NCBI GenBank assembly: GCA_035480615.1 | Contig: DATIHO010000048.1 | Location: 2,849-66,848, forward strand | Origin: Chlamydiales bacterium | GTDB taxonomy: Bacteria > Chlamydiota > Chlamydiia > Chlamydiales > SM23-39 | Direction: 5' to 3' | Length of the DNA stretch: 64,000 nt | In this document: positions 1 through 9,640 of the stretch, piece by piece | Layout: the number at the start of each line of letters is the position of its first letter | How positions within the stretch are numbered: the stretch's first letter is position 1 | Notes under the pieces: model-generated | Databases searched by the model: none | What the model saw: only the letters and a program-made list of their open reading frames with translations | Told to the model about the DNA's origin: nothing | Translations under genes and position numbers: made by a program

Positions 1-665
1 GTATCGCGATAGCTCATTGTTCTTTTCCACCCTTTCATAGGGATCACGCGAAGATGGCACCCCACTTTATATTCCGCATTAAAAAATCGAGCCAATTCGC
101 CAATCGTCATGCCGTGACAATAAGGAACATTGATATATCCAATAAAAGAGCGCCATTTTTCTTCGAGCATCGGCCCATCTACAACCGTGCCGTTGATTGG
201 GTTGGGCCGATCGAAAACAATCACCTCAACGCCCGCTTTTGCAGCCTCTTCCATCATATAAAACAGGGTCGTTTGATACGTGTAGGCGCGAACGCCAATC
301 CCTTGAATATCATAGATAACCGCATCGAGGCCTTTCAGCATTGCTTCATTCGGGCGCCTTGTTTCTCCGTGCAAACTATACACAGGGATTCCCAACTCTC
401 TGGCGTCGGCCACTTTTTCCCAAGCGTACTTTTGCCCCTTGATGCCATGTTCCGGAGAAAAAATCGCGGACACGCAAATTCCCGCTTTCTGAAAACGGCT
501 TAAGGTAGAGCGCATCTTGGAATCGACGCTCGTTTGGTTGATGATCAACCCCACTTTTTTGTGTTTTAGCGAGGCCCACTCTTCTTCGAAAAAGACATCT
601 ACTCCCAATGAAACTTCGGCCATAAGAAAGAATGGGATCAGGAAAAAAAAGAACACTCTAGTCAT
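1..665 (-). CDS. DUF1343 family protein (NamZ/YbbC-like exo-beta-N-acetylmuramidase); the 3' end runs off the window
   Basis: The ORF track omits it because no stop codon lies inside the window. Manual reverse-strand translation from the ATG (complement of 663-665) gives MTRVFFFFLIPFFLMAEVSLGVD...VGLIINQTSVD...FSPEHGIKGQ...IPVYSLHGETRRP...DIQGIGVRAYTYQTT...VFDRPNPINGT...VPYCHGMTIGELARFFN. These are the conserved DUF1343 blocks. The listed + ORF 54..503 is its antisense shadow. Confidence 0.8.
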   Translation of the reverse strand, partial: MTRVFFFFLIPFFLMAEVSLGVDVFFEEEWASLKHKKVGLIINQTSVDSKMRSTLSRFQKAGICVSAIFSPEHGIKGQKYAWEKVADARELGIPVYSLHGETRRPNEAMLKGLDAVIYDIQGIGVRAYTYQTTLFYMMEEAAKAGVEVIVFDRPNPINGTVVDGPMLEEKWRSFIGYINVPYCHGMTIGELARFFNAEYKVGCHLRVIPMKGWKRTMSYRD

Positions 666-720
666 CGCGATTCATGGTATCATAGAAATCTTCTCTATGC
701 TATAGCTATGAAGAGGCCGC

Positions 721-3700
721 ATGACTTCCCCATATCTTGAAGAGGCGAATGAAATTCTAAATCAGGTGAAAGGACGCCCCCTTACTTTAGCGGAGAGGAA
801 AAAGATAGCGATCGAGCTGGCCGCCCTCATGCTTCATGAAGCAGAATCTACAATGACTGCTCAAGAAAAAAAAACTCAACAGCAACTTGCAAAATTAATG
901 CATGATCAGGCCGGCAAGGCGTTCACTACGGCCATGACAGATCAATGTTTCCGCAGCCATGTACATAGGAGAGTGGCTGATCAAATGATCTATCTTTTAA
1001 ATCGGACCGGCATACCGCAATATTTGGATTGGGTGAAACAGGGAGAGCTCTACTTTTTCAAATCTCTCCCCCTCTCAATCGCTCAATTTCTTGTGCCAAT
1101 CGCAACTTATACGCTTCGAAAAGAGACCGGTAAGGTCATTCTTCCCGGAGAAAGCGCCGTTTTGAACAAACATCTGCAAGAGAGAAAAAAACAGGCCATT
1201 AAGCTCAATTTGAATCATCTGGGAGAGGCAATATTAAGCGAATCAGAAGCCAAACATCGAATGCAAATCTATTTGGAAGATTTGAAAAATCCATTGATTG
1301 ATTATATTTCCGTTAAAATTTCAACCATCTTTAGCCAAATCAATTTGATTGACTTTGACGGCACCGTGAACCAGATCTCAAAAAGATTGGAGATCCTGTA
1401 TCGCGCAGCCATCGAACATCGCGTAAGCGAACCGGACGGTTCTTTGAAAGCGAAATTCATCAACCTCGATATGGAAGAATATAGGGACTTGAGGTTAACG
1501 GTTGCGGTATTTAAAAAAGTATTGGCTGAACCTGAATTCACAGAATATTCAGCAGGGATTGTGCTTCAAGCCTATTTGCCCGACTCACACGAAATGCAAA
1601 AAGAAATCACTGAATGGGCCAAAAAAAGGATTGCGCACGGCGGCGCTCCGATAAAAATCCGAATCGTCAAAGGGGCAAACCTTGCGATGGAGCAAGTGGA
1701 AGCTTCTTTAAAAGGCTGGAGCCAGGCTCCTTATATCTCAAAAACGGAAGTCGATGCCAACTACAAACGGATGGTGGAATATGGCTGTATTCCCGAAAAT
1801 GCTCGAGCAGTGCGACTTGGCATCGCAAGCCACAACCTGTTCGATATTGCCTTTGCCATGCTTTTAAGACTTGAAAATGAAGTAGAGCCCTATGTCGGCT
1901 TTGAAATGCTCGAAGGCATGGCCGATTCCACCTGCCGTATTGTCCATCAGTTAACAAACGACATGCTCCTTTATTGTCCGGTGGCTACAAAAGCGGAATT
2001 TCAATATGCAATTGCCTATCTTATCCGCCGTCTTGATGAAAATACTGGACCTGAAAACTTTCTCCGGCATGTTTTTGGGCTAAAACCGGGAACAGAAGCA
2101 TGGGACAGCCAGACGACTCTTTTTTCTCAAAGCTGTGATGAAATGGAAATAGCGGGTCTTGCTCCCCGCCGCACGCAAAACCGGTTGGCCGCTCCGCATC
2201 ATCCCGATTTTTCCGCTCTCTTCGAAAACGAACCTGATACCGATTTTTCCCTGCCTCAAAATAGGGTCTGGGCTTTAGAGATTTCAAGAACCTGGGAAAA
2301 CAAAAAAATCGCTCCTCTTCCTATGGTGATTGGAGGAAAAGAACTCTTTGACAATACGGATGGAGAAGGGCGCAGTCCGTCCGATCCGAATCATGTCTTA
2401 TTTTCCTATGCCAAAGCCAAAAAACACCATATTGATGCTGCCCTTGAGTGCGCAAAGAAACATGAAAATGGATGGGCTGCGACCACAATTATACACCGCA
2501 GCCATTTGCTCGCGCGCGCGGCTCAAATTTTGCGGGAAAGAAGAGGAGAATTGATTGGAGCCATGATGCTTGAAGGAGGCAAAACCATTCCCGAGGCTGA
2601 TCCGGAAGTCTCCGAAGCGATCGATTTTGCGGAATATTATCGTCAGCAAATGGTGAAAATGGCGGCAATGAAAGATATCAAATGGACACATAAGGGGACG
2701 ATTCTCGTCGTATCTCCATGGAACTTCCCCTGCTCTATTCCTGCCGGAGGCATTTTTGCTGCGTTGGTCACGGGCAATTGCGTTTTATTCAAACCCGCCT
2801 CCGACACCGTTTTTAATGGATGGGTGCTGGCAAATGCGATTTGGGATGCGGGAATACCGAAAGAGATTCTCCAATTTGTCCCTTGCTCAGGAGAGGAAGT
2901 GGGAAACGGGCTGATTACCGATTCGAGAATCGATTGCATCATCTTGACCGGAGGAACGGAAACAGCAAAACATTTTCTAAAAACACGTCCAGATCTTGAT
3001 CTCGCAGCTGAGTCAGGGGGCAAAAATGCGATGATCATCACCGCCCTTTCCGATCGGGATTTAGCCATTAAAGATCTGATCCAATCCACTTTTGGCCATT
3101 CAGGGCAAAAATGTTCCGCCACATCTCTTGCCATTTTGGAAGCAGAAGTGTACGACGACCCCCATTTTAGAAAAACGCTCAGGGAAGCGGCAGCCAGTTT
3201 AAAAGTCGGCTACCCTTGGGATCCTGCGACAAAAATGAATCCCCTCATTCATGCGCCTCGCGGAGTCTTAAAGCGAGGGCTCACAATGCTCGAAGCAGGA
3301 GAGGAGTGGCTTTTGGAACCCAAACAGGATCCGGATAACCCATGCCTTTGGAGTCCTGGAATCAAATGGAATGTGCAGCCGGGCAGTTTTACCCATATGA
3401 CCGAGCTGTTCGGCCCTGTTCTCGCTTGCATGCGAGCAAATGATTTGCATCATGCTATTGAACTGGCCAACGCTGTCCCTTACGGGCTTACCTCCGGCCT
3501 GCACAGCTTAGATAGCCGAGAACACGCGATTTGGCTGGAAACGATCGAAGCAGGCAACCTCTATATCAACCGTACGACGACCGGAGCCATCGTGCGCCGT
3601 CAACCTTTTGGAGGGACAAAAGCGTCCAGTTTTGGCAATGGCTCTAAAGCGGGAGGGCCAAATTATCTCCGGGAATTCATGGTCGCTTCCCAAATCGGCC

Positions 3701-4323
3701 TTCCCCAGGAGAAATTGCCTGTGAATGAATGGGTAAATAATCTTACGATATTTTTGGAAAATCTCGATTTATCTGCTGAGCAGCTCGGCCTTTGGACGAG
3801 TAGCGTTTCGAATTACGCTTATTGGTGGAAAAGGCTTCGTCTTCATCGCGATCCCACAAAAATTGTGGGTCAAGATAATTTTTTTCACTATATTCCGCGC
3901 AAAAAAATTATCTTGAGAATTGAACCCCATTCCAATCCCTTTGATGCGCTGCGTGTTTGCGCTGCCGCCCTCACCTGTGGAGCCGGATTGGAGATCAGCT
4001 GGTCCTATAACGAATCAAAAGCTATCGCTTTAAATTGGCTTGAGCTGGTTCCCGTGCTTCGGGTCATTGAGGAAACGGATCAGGACTTTCTACTCCGCGT
4101 GCGGCAGGGAAAAATGGAGCGGGTGCGCGTAGTAGAAGCCGCGCCCATGTCTCTGCATGCGGCAGCGGCTACATCAGGAGTCCATGTCATAGACGCCCCT
4201 GTTCTTGCCAATGGACGGCTTGAGCTTCTTCATTTTCTGCGTGAAGTTGCAGTCAGCATTGATTACCATAGATATGGAAATTTGGGCTTGCGCGACGGCG
4301 AGCTCCGCAAATCCATTCTATAG
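721..4323 (+). CDS. putA: Bifunctional proline dehydrogenase / 1-pyrroline-5-carboxylate dehydrogenase PutA
   Basis: 1200-aa ORF. The N-terminal half has PRODH motifs (FEMLEGMA, AYLIRRLDENT). The C-terminal half has aldehyde dehydrogenase motifs (VSPWNFP, ESGGKNA, GQKCSA). Confidence 0.9.
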   Translation: MTSPYLEEANEILNQVKGRPLTLAERKKIAIELAALMLHEAESTMTAQEKKTQQQLAKLMHDQAGKAFTTAMTDQCFRSHVHRRVADQMIYLLNRTGIPQYLDWVKQGELYFFKSLPLSIAQFLVPIATYTLRKETGKVILPGESAVLNKHLQERKKQAIKLNLNHLGEAILSESEAKHRMQIYLEDLKNPLIDYISVKISTIFSQINLIDFDGTVNQISKRLEILYRAAIEHRVSEPDGSLKAKFINLDMEEYRDLRLTVAVFKKVLAEPEFTEYSAGIVLQAYLPDSHEMQKEITEWAKKRIAHGGAPIKIRIVKGANLAMEQVEASLKGWSQAPYISKTEVDANYKRMVEYGCIPENARAVRLGIASHNLFDIAFAMLLRLENEVEPYVGFEMLEGMADSTCRIVHQLTNDMLLYCPVATKAEFQYAIAYLIRRLDENTGPENFLRHVFGLKPGTEAWDSQTTLFSQSCDEMEIAGLAPRRTQNRLAAPHHPDFSALFENEPDTDFSLPQNRVWALEISRTWENKKIAPLPMVIGGKELFDNTDGEGRSPSDPNHVLFSYAKAKKHHIDAALECAKKHENGWAATTIIHRSHLLARAAQILRERRGELIGAMMLEGGKTIPEADPEVSEAIDFAEYYRQQMVKMAAMKDIKWTHKGTILVVSPWNFPCSIPAGGIFAALVTGNCVLFKPASDTVFNGWVLANAIWDAGIPKEILQFVPCSGEEVGNGLITDSRIDCIILTGGTETAKHFLKTRPDLDLAAESGGKNAMIITALSDRDLAIKDLIQSTFGHSGQKCSATSLAILEAEVYDDPHFRKTLREAAASLKVGYPWDPATKMNPLIHAPRGVLKRGLTMLEAGEEWLLEPKQDPDNPCLWSPGIKWNVQPGSFTHMTELFGPVLACMRANDLHHAIELANAVPYGLTSGLHSLDSREHAIWLETIEAGNLYINRTTTGAIVRRQPFGGTKASSFGNGSKAGGPNYLREFMVASQIGLPQEKLPVNEWVNNLTIFLENLDLSAEQLGLWTSSVSNYAYWWKRLRLHRDPTKIVGQDNFFHYIPRKKIILRIEPHSNPFDALRVCAAALTCGAGLEISWSYNESKAIALNWLELVPVLRVIEETDQDFLLRVRQGKMERVRVVEAAPMSLHAAAATSGVHVIDAPVLANGRLELLHFLREVAVSIDYHRYGNLGLRDGELRKSIL

Positions 4324-4349
4324 ACAGATTATTTTCCGCTCACATTCCA

Positions 4350-4518
4350 CTAGTGCTCTGTCAAGCTTAAATTTGCGGTTTGGGCTGCGTCAAAGCCGCT
4401 GAAATCGCCGATCGCAAGTGGGTTCGTATTGTATTAATACGGACCCACTTGCGATCGACGATTTGAGCGAGCTTTCACGTCAGCCGAAACCATAAATTTA
4501 AGCTTGACAGAGCACTAG
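4350..4518. repeat. Long imperfect palindrome P1 (~169 bp; arms ~80 bp around the centre TATTGTATTAATA)
   Basis: The left arm is ctagtgctctgtcaagcttaaatttgcggtttgggctgcgtcaaagccgctgaaatcgccgatcgcaagtgggt. The reverse complement of the right arm differs at about 9 positions or indels. P1 lies between the convergent putA and 4532..5161. Confidence 0.85.
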
Positions 4519-4531
4519 CGTACTTTTGGGT

Positions 4532-5161
4532 CTATTTTTGCTTTCTCTTTGCTGCTTCTACTGCTTTTTTTACAGTTGTGTGTAGATCCTGGCTCGCTTT
4601 GACTGCTGCTTGCCGTACCTCTTCTACATCCTCCTGTGCTTTTAATACTTCTGGATCTTTTAGAGACGCCTTATTAACGAGGAATTCGTGCTTTAATTGT
4701 TCACGATACTCCGACAACACCGGCTCGTCTCTTAACATCCTTCCGACCCGAATGAGCAAGCTCTTTGCTTGTTCAGGCTCCGATACTAGCGCCTGAGGGA
4801 CCTCCCCTAACGATATCATGGTTAGGGCAGTATTCCTCATTTGGATGAATTCGCTCTTGAATTCCTCGCGAACATCCGGAGTCATGTACCGAAACACTTT
4901 TCTGATAACATCCATCATTCTAAGATGATTTTCCTTTGCTTGTTCTGGCGAAGTATTTTCTGAAAGATTCTTCCTCCATTGGCGAATGATTTCCTTGCCA
5001 ACCATCTGATCTTGTTTTTCTGCCGTCAATTGTCCCGATTTCTTTCTTCTCATCGCACCCCGAGCAGCCTTTTGTTGCTCCTGAGCAGCCTTCAGAAGCT
5101 CTTCATACTCGGGTGGCAATCCACCCCACGACCTATCTGCTGCAGCAATCTCAATAGACAT
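4532..5161 (-). CDS. Hypothetical charged, probably coiled-coil protein
   Basis: 209-aa ORF rich in K, E and Q. No family recognised. Coding is supported only by its length and by the absence of a competing ORF. Confidence 0.5.
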   Translation of the reverse strand: MSIEIAAADRSWGGLPPEYEELLKAAQEQQKAARGAMRRKKSGQLTAEKQDQMVGKEIIRQWRKNLSENTSPEQAKENHLRMMDVIRKVFRYMTPDVREEFKSEFIQMRNTALTMISLGEVPQALVSEPEQAKSLLIRVGRMLRDEPVLSEYREQLKHEFLVNKASLKDPEVLKAQEDVEEVRQAAVKASQDLHTTVKKAVEAAKRKQK

Positions 5162-5192
5162 AATATCATTCCTTTTTTAATTTTGTTTATTT

Positions 5193-5219
5193 TTGTATAA
5201 AACGATTTGTTTTATACAA
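5193..5219. promoter_or_regulatory. Perfect 11-bp inverted repeat (TTGTATAAAAC-N5-GTTTTATACAA) inside an extremely AT-rich spacer
   Basis: Read directly at 5193-5219. It lies in the ~175-bp AT-rich tract upstream of the minus-strand gene that starts at 5161. It is a candidate operator; its function is unknown. Confidence 0.3.
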
Positions 5220-5467
5220 TTTATTTTAATAAAAATTTAAATTAATTTAAATGATTTAATTAATAACGGGATTTAATTTTTTAATTGAGATTTGTTTTTT
5301 AAATAAAGGGATAAGATTGTTTATGAACCTGTCCCAGAAAAGGTCTATTGGACAAATGACTGCAAGGCTCGCTTGAAACGCTTGATCTTGTAAAATTTCT
5401 GTTCCATATATACACTTTTTCCAACCATCCTTGAAATGAACCCAACACTCAGGTTACTCATCTTGCA

Positions 5468-7354
5468 ATGCTCAATCCAAAACAACAAATCGCTGTAGAG
5501 CACGTAGAGGGGCCGCTTCTCGTTCTCGCCGGACCGGGGTCGGGAAAAACCCGTGTCGTGACTCACCGGATTGCCCACTTGATCGATCTCGGCATCCTCC
5601 CTTCAGACATTCTTGCAGTCACTTTTACAAATAAAGCGGCCGATGAAATGAAAAGCCGGATCCAGACTTTAAGCGGCGTCCGTGTTCTGGCCTGTACCTT
5701 CCATAGTTTGGGGGTCCGTATTTTGCGAGAATCGATCGCTTCTTTAGGATATAGGCCTGATTTCACTATTTATGATGAAGAAGACAGCGAAAAACTGTTA
5801 AAAACCTGTTTAGATCAGGTTCTTACGCAAGACAAGGGATTTCTCCGTTCATTAAAAAGTAAAATTTCCTCTGCAAAAAACGACCTGCTAGATCCCCATG
5901 ACATGAAAGATGTTCTTACGCGAACATCTTACGAGTGTTACCAAAAAAAATTAAAAGACTGCAATGCCCTTGATTTTGACGATCTTCTCTACTTGACTGT
6001 AAAACTACTGCGCGAAAATCTCGGCATTGCCTCTGAATATCAAAACAGGTGGCTCTTTATCCTCATTGATGAATATCAAGATACGAATCTTGCCCAATAT
6101 ACCCTTGCGAAAATCCTCGTCGAAAAACATCAAAACATTTTTGCTGTCGGCGACCCCGACCAGTCCATTTATTCCTGGCGAGGAGCCAAATACCACAACA
6201 TCCTTAATTTCGAATCGGATTTTCCCGGAGCGAAAATCGTTATACTGGACCAAAACTACCGAAGCACAAACCAAATTTTAAATGCGGCCAATGCCTTGAT
6301 TCGAAGAAATAACGAGCGATACGATAAAAAACTTTGGAGCGATCTGGGAGAGGGAGAGAAAATCGGCCTCTTTACCGCCTCAAATGAACGTGAAGAGGCC
6401 GAATTTGTTGCAAATCAAATTCGAACGCATATTTTAAGCGACCAAATTACCTATAATGATATCGCCATTTTTTATCGAACGAATGCCCAATCCAGGGTTT
6501 TTGAAGATTGTCTTTTATCTCGCAAAATCCCTTATGTCATTATCGGCGGACTCTCTTTTTATAATCGGAAGGAAATCAAAGATCTTCTGGCCTATTTAAG
6601 AATGGTTGCGTCCGATACAGATTTGATCTCTTTTCTTCGCACTGTAAATCTTCCCCGAAGAGGACTTGGAGTCGCCGCCCTTGAAAAAATCACAGCCGCC
6701 AGCGAACAATGCAATCTTCCCATTTTTACTTTTTGTGAAGAGATCTTCATTCGTCCGGCAATATACCCTGACCTCAGGCTCAGTCCAAAACAAAAAGAGG
6801 GATTGAAAGAATATGTCCGGATCATCCACTCCCTTAGAGACAAAAGACCTTCTTTAAAAATTTTTGAACTGATCTCGGAAACTTTATCGGAGTCGCGTTA
6901 CCTGTCTTACATCCAGGAAGATTCTGAAACCTTTCAAGATCGTAAAGAAAACCTGGGCGCGCTAATAGAAAAGGCTACCGAATGGGAAGAGGAAAAAGAA
7001 GATCCCACCTTGATCCATTTCCTTGAAGAATTATCCCTCCGATCGCAAATGCAGCAAAACTTACACTATCCCTCAGTGAAATTGATGACTCTTCATAATG
7101 GCAAAGGGCTTGAATTCGCTCTTGTTTTTCTCACAGGGCTCGAAGAAGGCATTTTTCCCCATATCAATGCACAAGACAATGCGACTTCTTTAGAAGAAGA
7201 GCGCAGGCTTTGCTATGTTGGAATGACCCGGGCAAAACGCTATCTTTACCTTTGCTCTGCAATGTATCGCTTTATGTGGGAGTCAAGAAGACAGATGCAC
7301 CCATCGCGCTTCATTGAGGAGATTCCTCCTCAATTTATTGAAGAGTATAACTGA
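5468..7354 (+). CDS. uvrD: ATP-dependent DNA helicase, UvrD/PcrA/Rep family
   Basis: Superfamily 1 helicase motifs are present: AGPGSGKT, DEYQDTN, GDPDQSIYSWRGA, QNYRST, TLHNGKGLEF and VGMTRAK. Confidence 0.9.
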   Translation: MLNPKQQIAVEHVEGPLLVLAGPGSGKTRVVTHRIAHLIDLGILPSDILAVTFTNKAADEMKSRIQTLSGVRVLACTFHSLGVRILRESIASLGYRPDFTIYDEEDSEKLLKTCLDQVLTQDKGFLRSLKSKISSAKNDLLDPHDMKDVLTRTSYECYQKKLKDCNALDFDDLLYLTVKLLRENLGIASEYQNRWLFILIDEYQDTNLAQYTLAKILVEKHQNIFAVGDPDQSIYSWRGAKYHNILNFESDFPGAKIVILDQNYRSTNQILNAANALIRRNNERYDKKLWSDLGEGEKIGLFTASNEREEAEFVANQIRTHILSDQITYNDIAIFYRTNAQSRVFEDCLLSRKIPYVIIGGLSFYNRKEIKDLLAYLRMVASDTDLISFLRTVNLPRRGLGVAALEKITAASEQCNLPIFTFCEEIFIRPAIYPDLRLSPKQKEGLKEYVRIIHSLRDKRPSLKIFELISETLSESRYLSYIQEDSETFQDRKENLGALIEKATEWEEEKEDPTLIHFLEELSLRSQMQQNLHYPSVKLMTLHNGKGLEFALVFLTGLEEGIFPHINAQDNATSLEEERRLCYVGMTRAKRYLYLCSAMYRFMWESRRQMHPSRFIEEIPPQFIEEYN

Positions 7355-8286
7355 TCAAATCCCCGTTTTGCCATATTGACCGTGATCCACTTTTTCCAAT
7401 AGCGATCCCGAATCCTGGCTCCGCGAATATTCGGAATCAGGGAATGGGGACATACCACAACCCCTTTTGTAAAGCTTGGAGCCCACATATCTGCCCATTT
7501 TTTTCGACGGCAAAAAGTTAAAGTGGGAACTCCTAATGCAGAGGCCAGATGGCCTAGACCAGAGTCATTGCCAATCAGATAACCCGATTCATAGATAAAT
7601 CGAGCCAGCAGATTCAAAGTGGAGAACACGGGTATCTGAAATCCCAGGTTTTCTACGTCCTTCCAGCCGTTTTTCTCTTTCAATCCTCCCGGAACAAATA
7701 CCGGCTCGTATCCTTTTCGCTTCAAATGTAAAGCAAGCTTTACAAATTTCTCTTTCGGCCAATTCCTGCTTTCTCTTGCACTTGTCGGATGGACAACAAT
7801 TCTTCTCGAATGCTTTCTCGAAATCAAATCGCTTGGAGCGATGAACCCATTGCTTTTAGTAAGCTGCGGAAGATGAAGGATGTTTTGGCAAAAAAGAAAC
7901 AGGTTTTCCGCGATGGAAAGATGGGGCTGTATCAGGCAGTCAGAGTAATAGGGCTCATTCACAATATGCTTTGAAGGGTAGAGATAAATGACTTTGAGTT
8001 TATTCGGAAATCTCCTTTTTCCTTCTTGAATTAATTTCAAAACAAATTCGCTAGTATCATTTTGCACAACAAAAAATCGATCATAAGAATTTAATATTTT
8101 AGGAAGACAAGAGAGATCGGGATAAGGCTGCAGATGCAAGTGAGGAAACCACTCCTGCATAGACCCGATGGTATTTTGAAAAGTCTCTACTTCCCATCCA
8201 TTTAGATGCAAATTATGCGATAAAACGAGGCAATTGACCCCATCGCCCAATCCGTTATGACAAAAAACCCCAGCTCTGGTGTGCAT
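7330..8286 (-). CDS. Glycosyltransferase family 9 (heptosyltransferase-like)
   Basis: The C-terminal block is RNWPKEKF...YLIGNDSGLGHLASALGVPTLTF, typical of the GT9 ADP-heptose:LPS heptosyltransferase fold. It overlaps the convergent uvrD by 25 bp. Confidence 0.7.
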   Translation of the reverse strand: MHTRAGVFCHNGLGDGVNCLVLSHNLHLNGWEVETFQNTIGSMQEWFPHLHLQPYPDLSCLPKILNSYDRFFVVQNDTSEFVLKLIQEGKRRFPNKLKVIYLYPSKHIVNEPYYSDCLIQPHLSIAENLFLFCQNILHLPQLTKSNGFIAPSDLISRKHSRRIVVHPTSARESRNWPKEKFVKLALHLKRKGYEPVFVPGGLKEKNGWKDVENLGFQIPVFSTLNLLARFIYESGYLIGNDSGLGHLASALGVPTLTFCRRKKWADMWAPSFTKGVVVCPHSLIPNIRGARIRDRYWKKWITVNMAKRGFDQLYSSIN

Positions 8287-8365
8287 GAATGCTCTATTTT
8301 ATTGTCTGACAGTCTCTAAGGCAAGGGTATTGTTTTCTTAGCTGCTCTCTTGCTATTGAAAAAAA

Positions 8366-9640
8366 ATGGGACTGTTGCAAACTCAAACACTCCGCCCCGC
8401 TTTGACTTTTTTGCTTCGTCAATCGCTGGCAATGCTTCAAATGCCTCAAGCTGAACTGGCAAGCTGGCTGCTTTGCGAAATCGAGAAAAATCCGCTTCTC
8501 GAGATCGACGCTTTCCCCCCTTCGCTGCCCCTCAAGGATTGCATACCCGCTCCTCCATCTCTTTATGAACACTTGATGATGCAAATTCACGAAAGATTTT
8601 CCGATCCATCTGAACGAACAAAAGCCGTCTCTTTATTGCATGAGTTGGATGAGCGGGGTTTTGTGCCAGGAAAAACCAAAGATCCCGTCCTGACCGTTCT
8701 TCAAAGTTTCGATCCTCCGGGAATTTTTGCGCGCGACTTAAGAGAGTGCTTAATGCTGCAACTTGATCCAAGCTCTTTAGCTTATAAGGTCGTTGATCTT
8801 TTTTATAAGGAATTTCTGGGTGGAAAGTGGAGCATCATTGAGAAAAAAATCAAACTTTCCAATATGAAAGACATAATCTCAACCCTCTCCCGTCTCTATT
8901 TCCGGCCTGCTGATCTCTTCAAAAATGAATTATGCCAAACTGCGATTGCCGATTTGACGATTTGCAAAATCAATAAGACATGGATCATCGAGTCGAACGA
9001 TCGGCAGCTGCCAAAGTTTCACCTTCGCCCTGATTTTTTGTCGATCCCATGTAGTTCAAAAGAGGAAAAAGAATCTATGCGAAATTGGATCTCTTCTGCG
9101 AAATGGCTGCTTCGCTCTTTAAAAAGGAGAAAATCAATCCTTTTGGCAATCGGGGCTTGCCTTGTGCGAAAACAGGCAGCTTTCTTAGAAAACCGGGAAC
9201 CTTTGCAACCCTTATCGATTCACTCACTGTCTCAGCACCTGCATCTTCATGCATCCACTCTTTCAAGAGCGCTAACTGACAAATATGCACGTACGCCTTT
9301 AGGCATCATCCCTCTTCGATCTTTGATTTCAGCCTCATCGGGGTTTGTAAAGCGCGCTTTACAAACCCTGATTGCCAAAGAACCAACAGGAAGACCTTTG
9401 AGCGATCAAGAAATCGCCGCTGCCCTTCAACAACAAGGCTTTGCTCTAGCTCGTCGAACTGTTGCAAAATACCGCTCTCAATGCAAAATTGCTCCTGCTT
9501 ATCGAAGGAAACATTTTTCTTCTAACTCAGAATCGAGCAAATTTCGTCCTGAAAGCCGCTCTAACACACGAAGCGGAGACTTGTCGGGAAAAAGCATCGC
9601 GGAAACAGGGATTAAAAACGTCTGCTCCAACGCATACTGA
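8366..9640 (+). CDS. rpoN: RNA polymerase sigma-54 factor RpoN
   Basis: The N-terminal region I is QTLRPALTFLLRQSLAMLQMPQAEL. The C-terminal RpoN box is ARRTVAKYR. A tail of about 40 aa follows the RpoN box and overlaps the convergent gene. Confidence 0.85.
   Translation: MGLLQTQTLRPALTFLLRQSLAMLQMPQAELASWLLCEIEKNPLLEIDAFPPSLPLKDCIPAPPSLYEHLMMQIHERFSDPSERTKAVSLLHELDERGFVPGKTKDPVLTVLQSFDPPGIFARDLRECLMLQLDPSSLAYKVVDLFYKEFLGGKWSIIEKKIKLSNMKDIISTLSRLYFRPADLFKNELCQTAIADLTICKINKTWIIESNDRQLPKFHLRPDFLSIPCSSKEEKESMRNWISSAKWLLRSLKRRKSILLAIGACLVRKQAAFLENREPLQPLSIHSLSQHLHLHASTLSRALTDKYARTPLGIIPLRSLISASSGFVKRALQTLIAKEPTGRPLSDQEIAAALQQQGFALARRTVAKYRSQCKIAPAYRRKHFSSNSESSKFRPESRSNTRSGDLSGKSIAETGIKNVCSNAY

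Noticed and set aside
54-503. 149-aa + strand ORF at the left edge
   Set aside because: It is antisense to a clearly conserved DUF1343 (NamZ-like) reading frame that runs off the window. Its own sequence has no family features.
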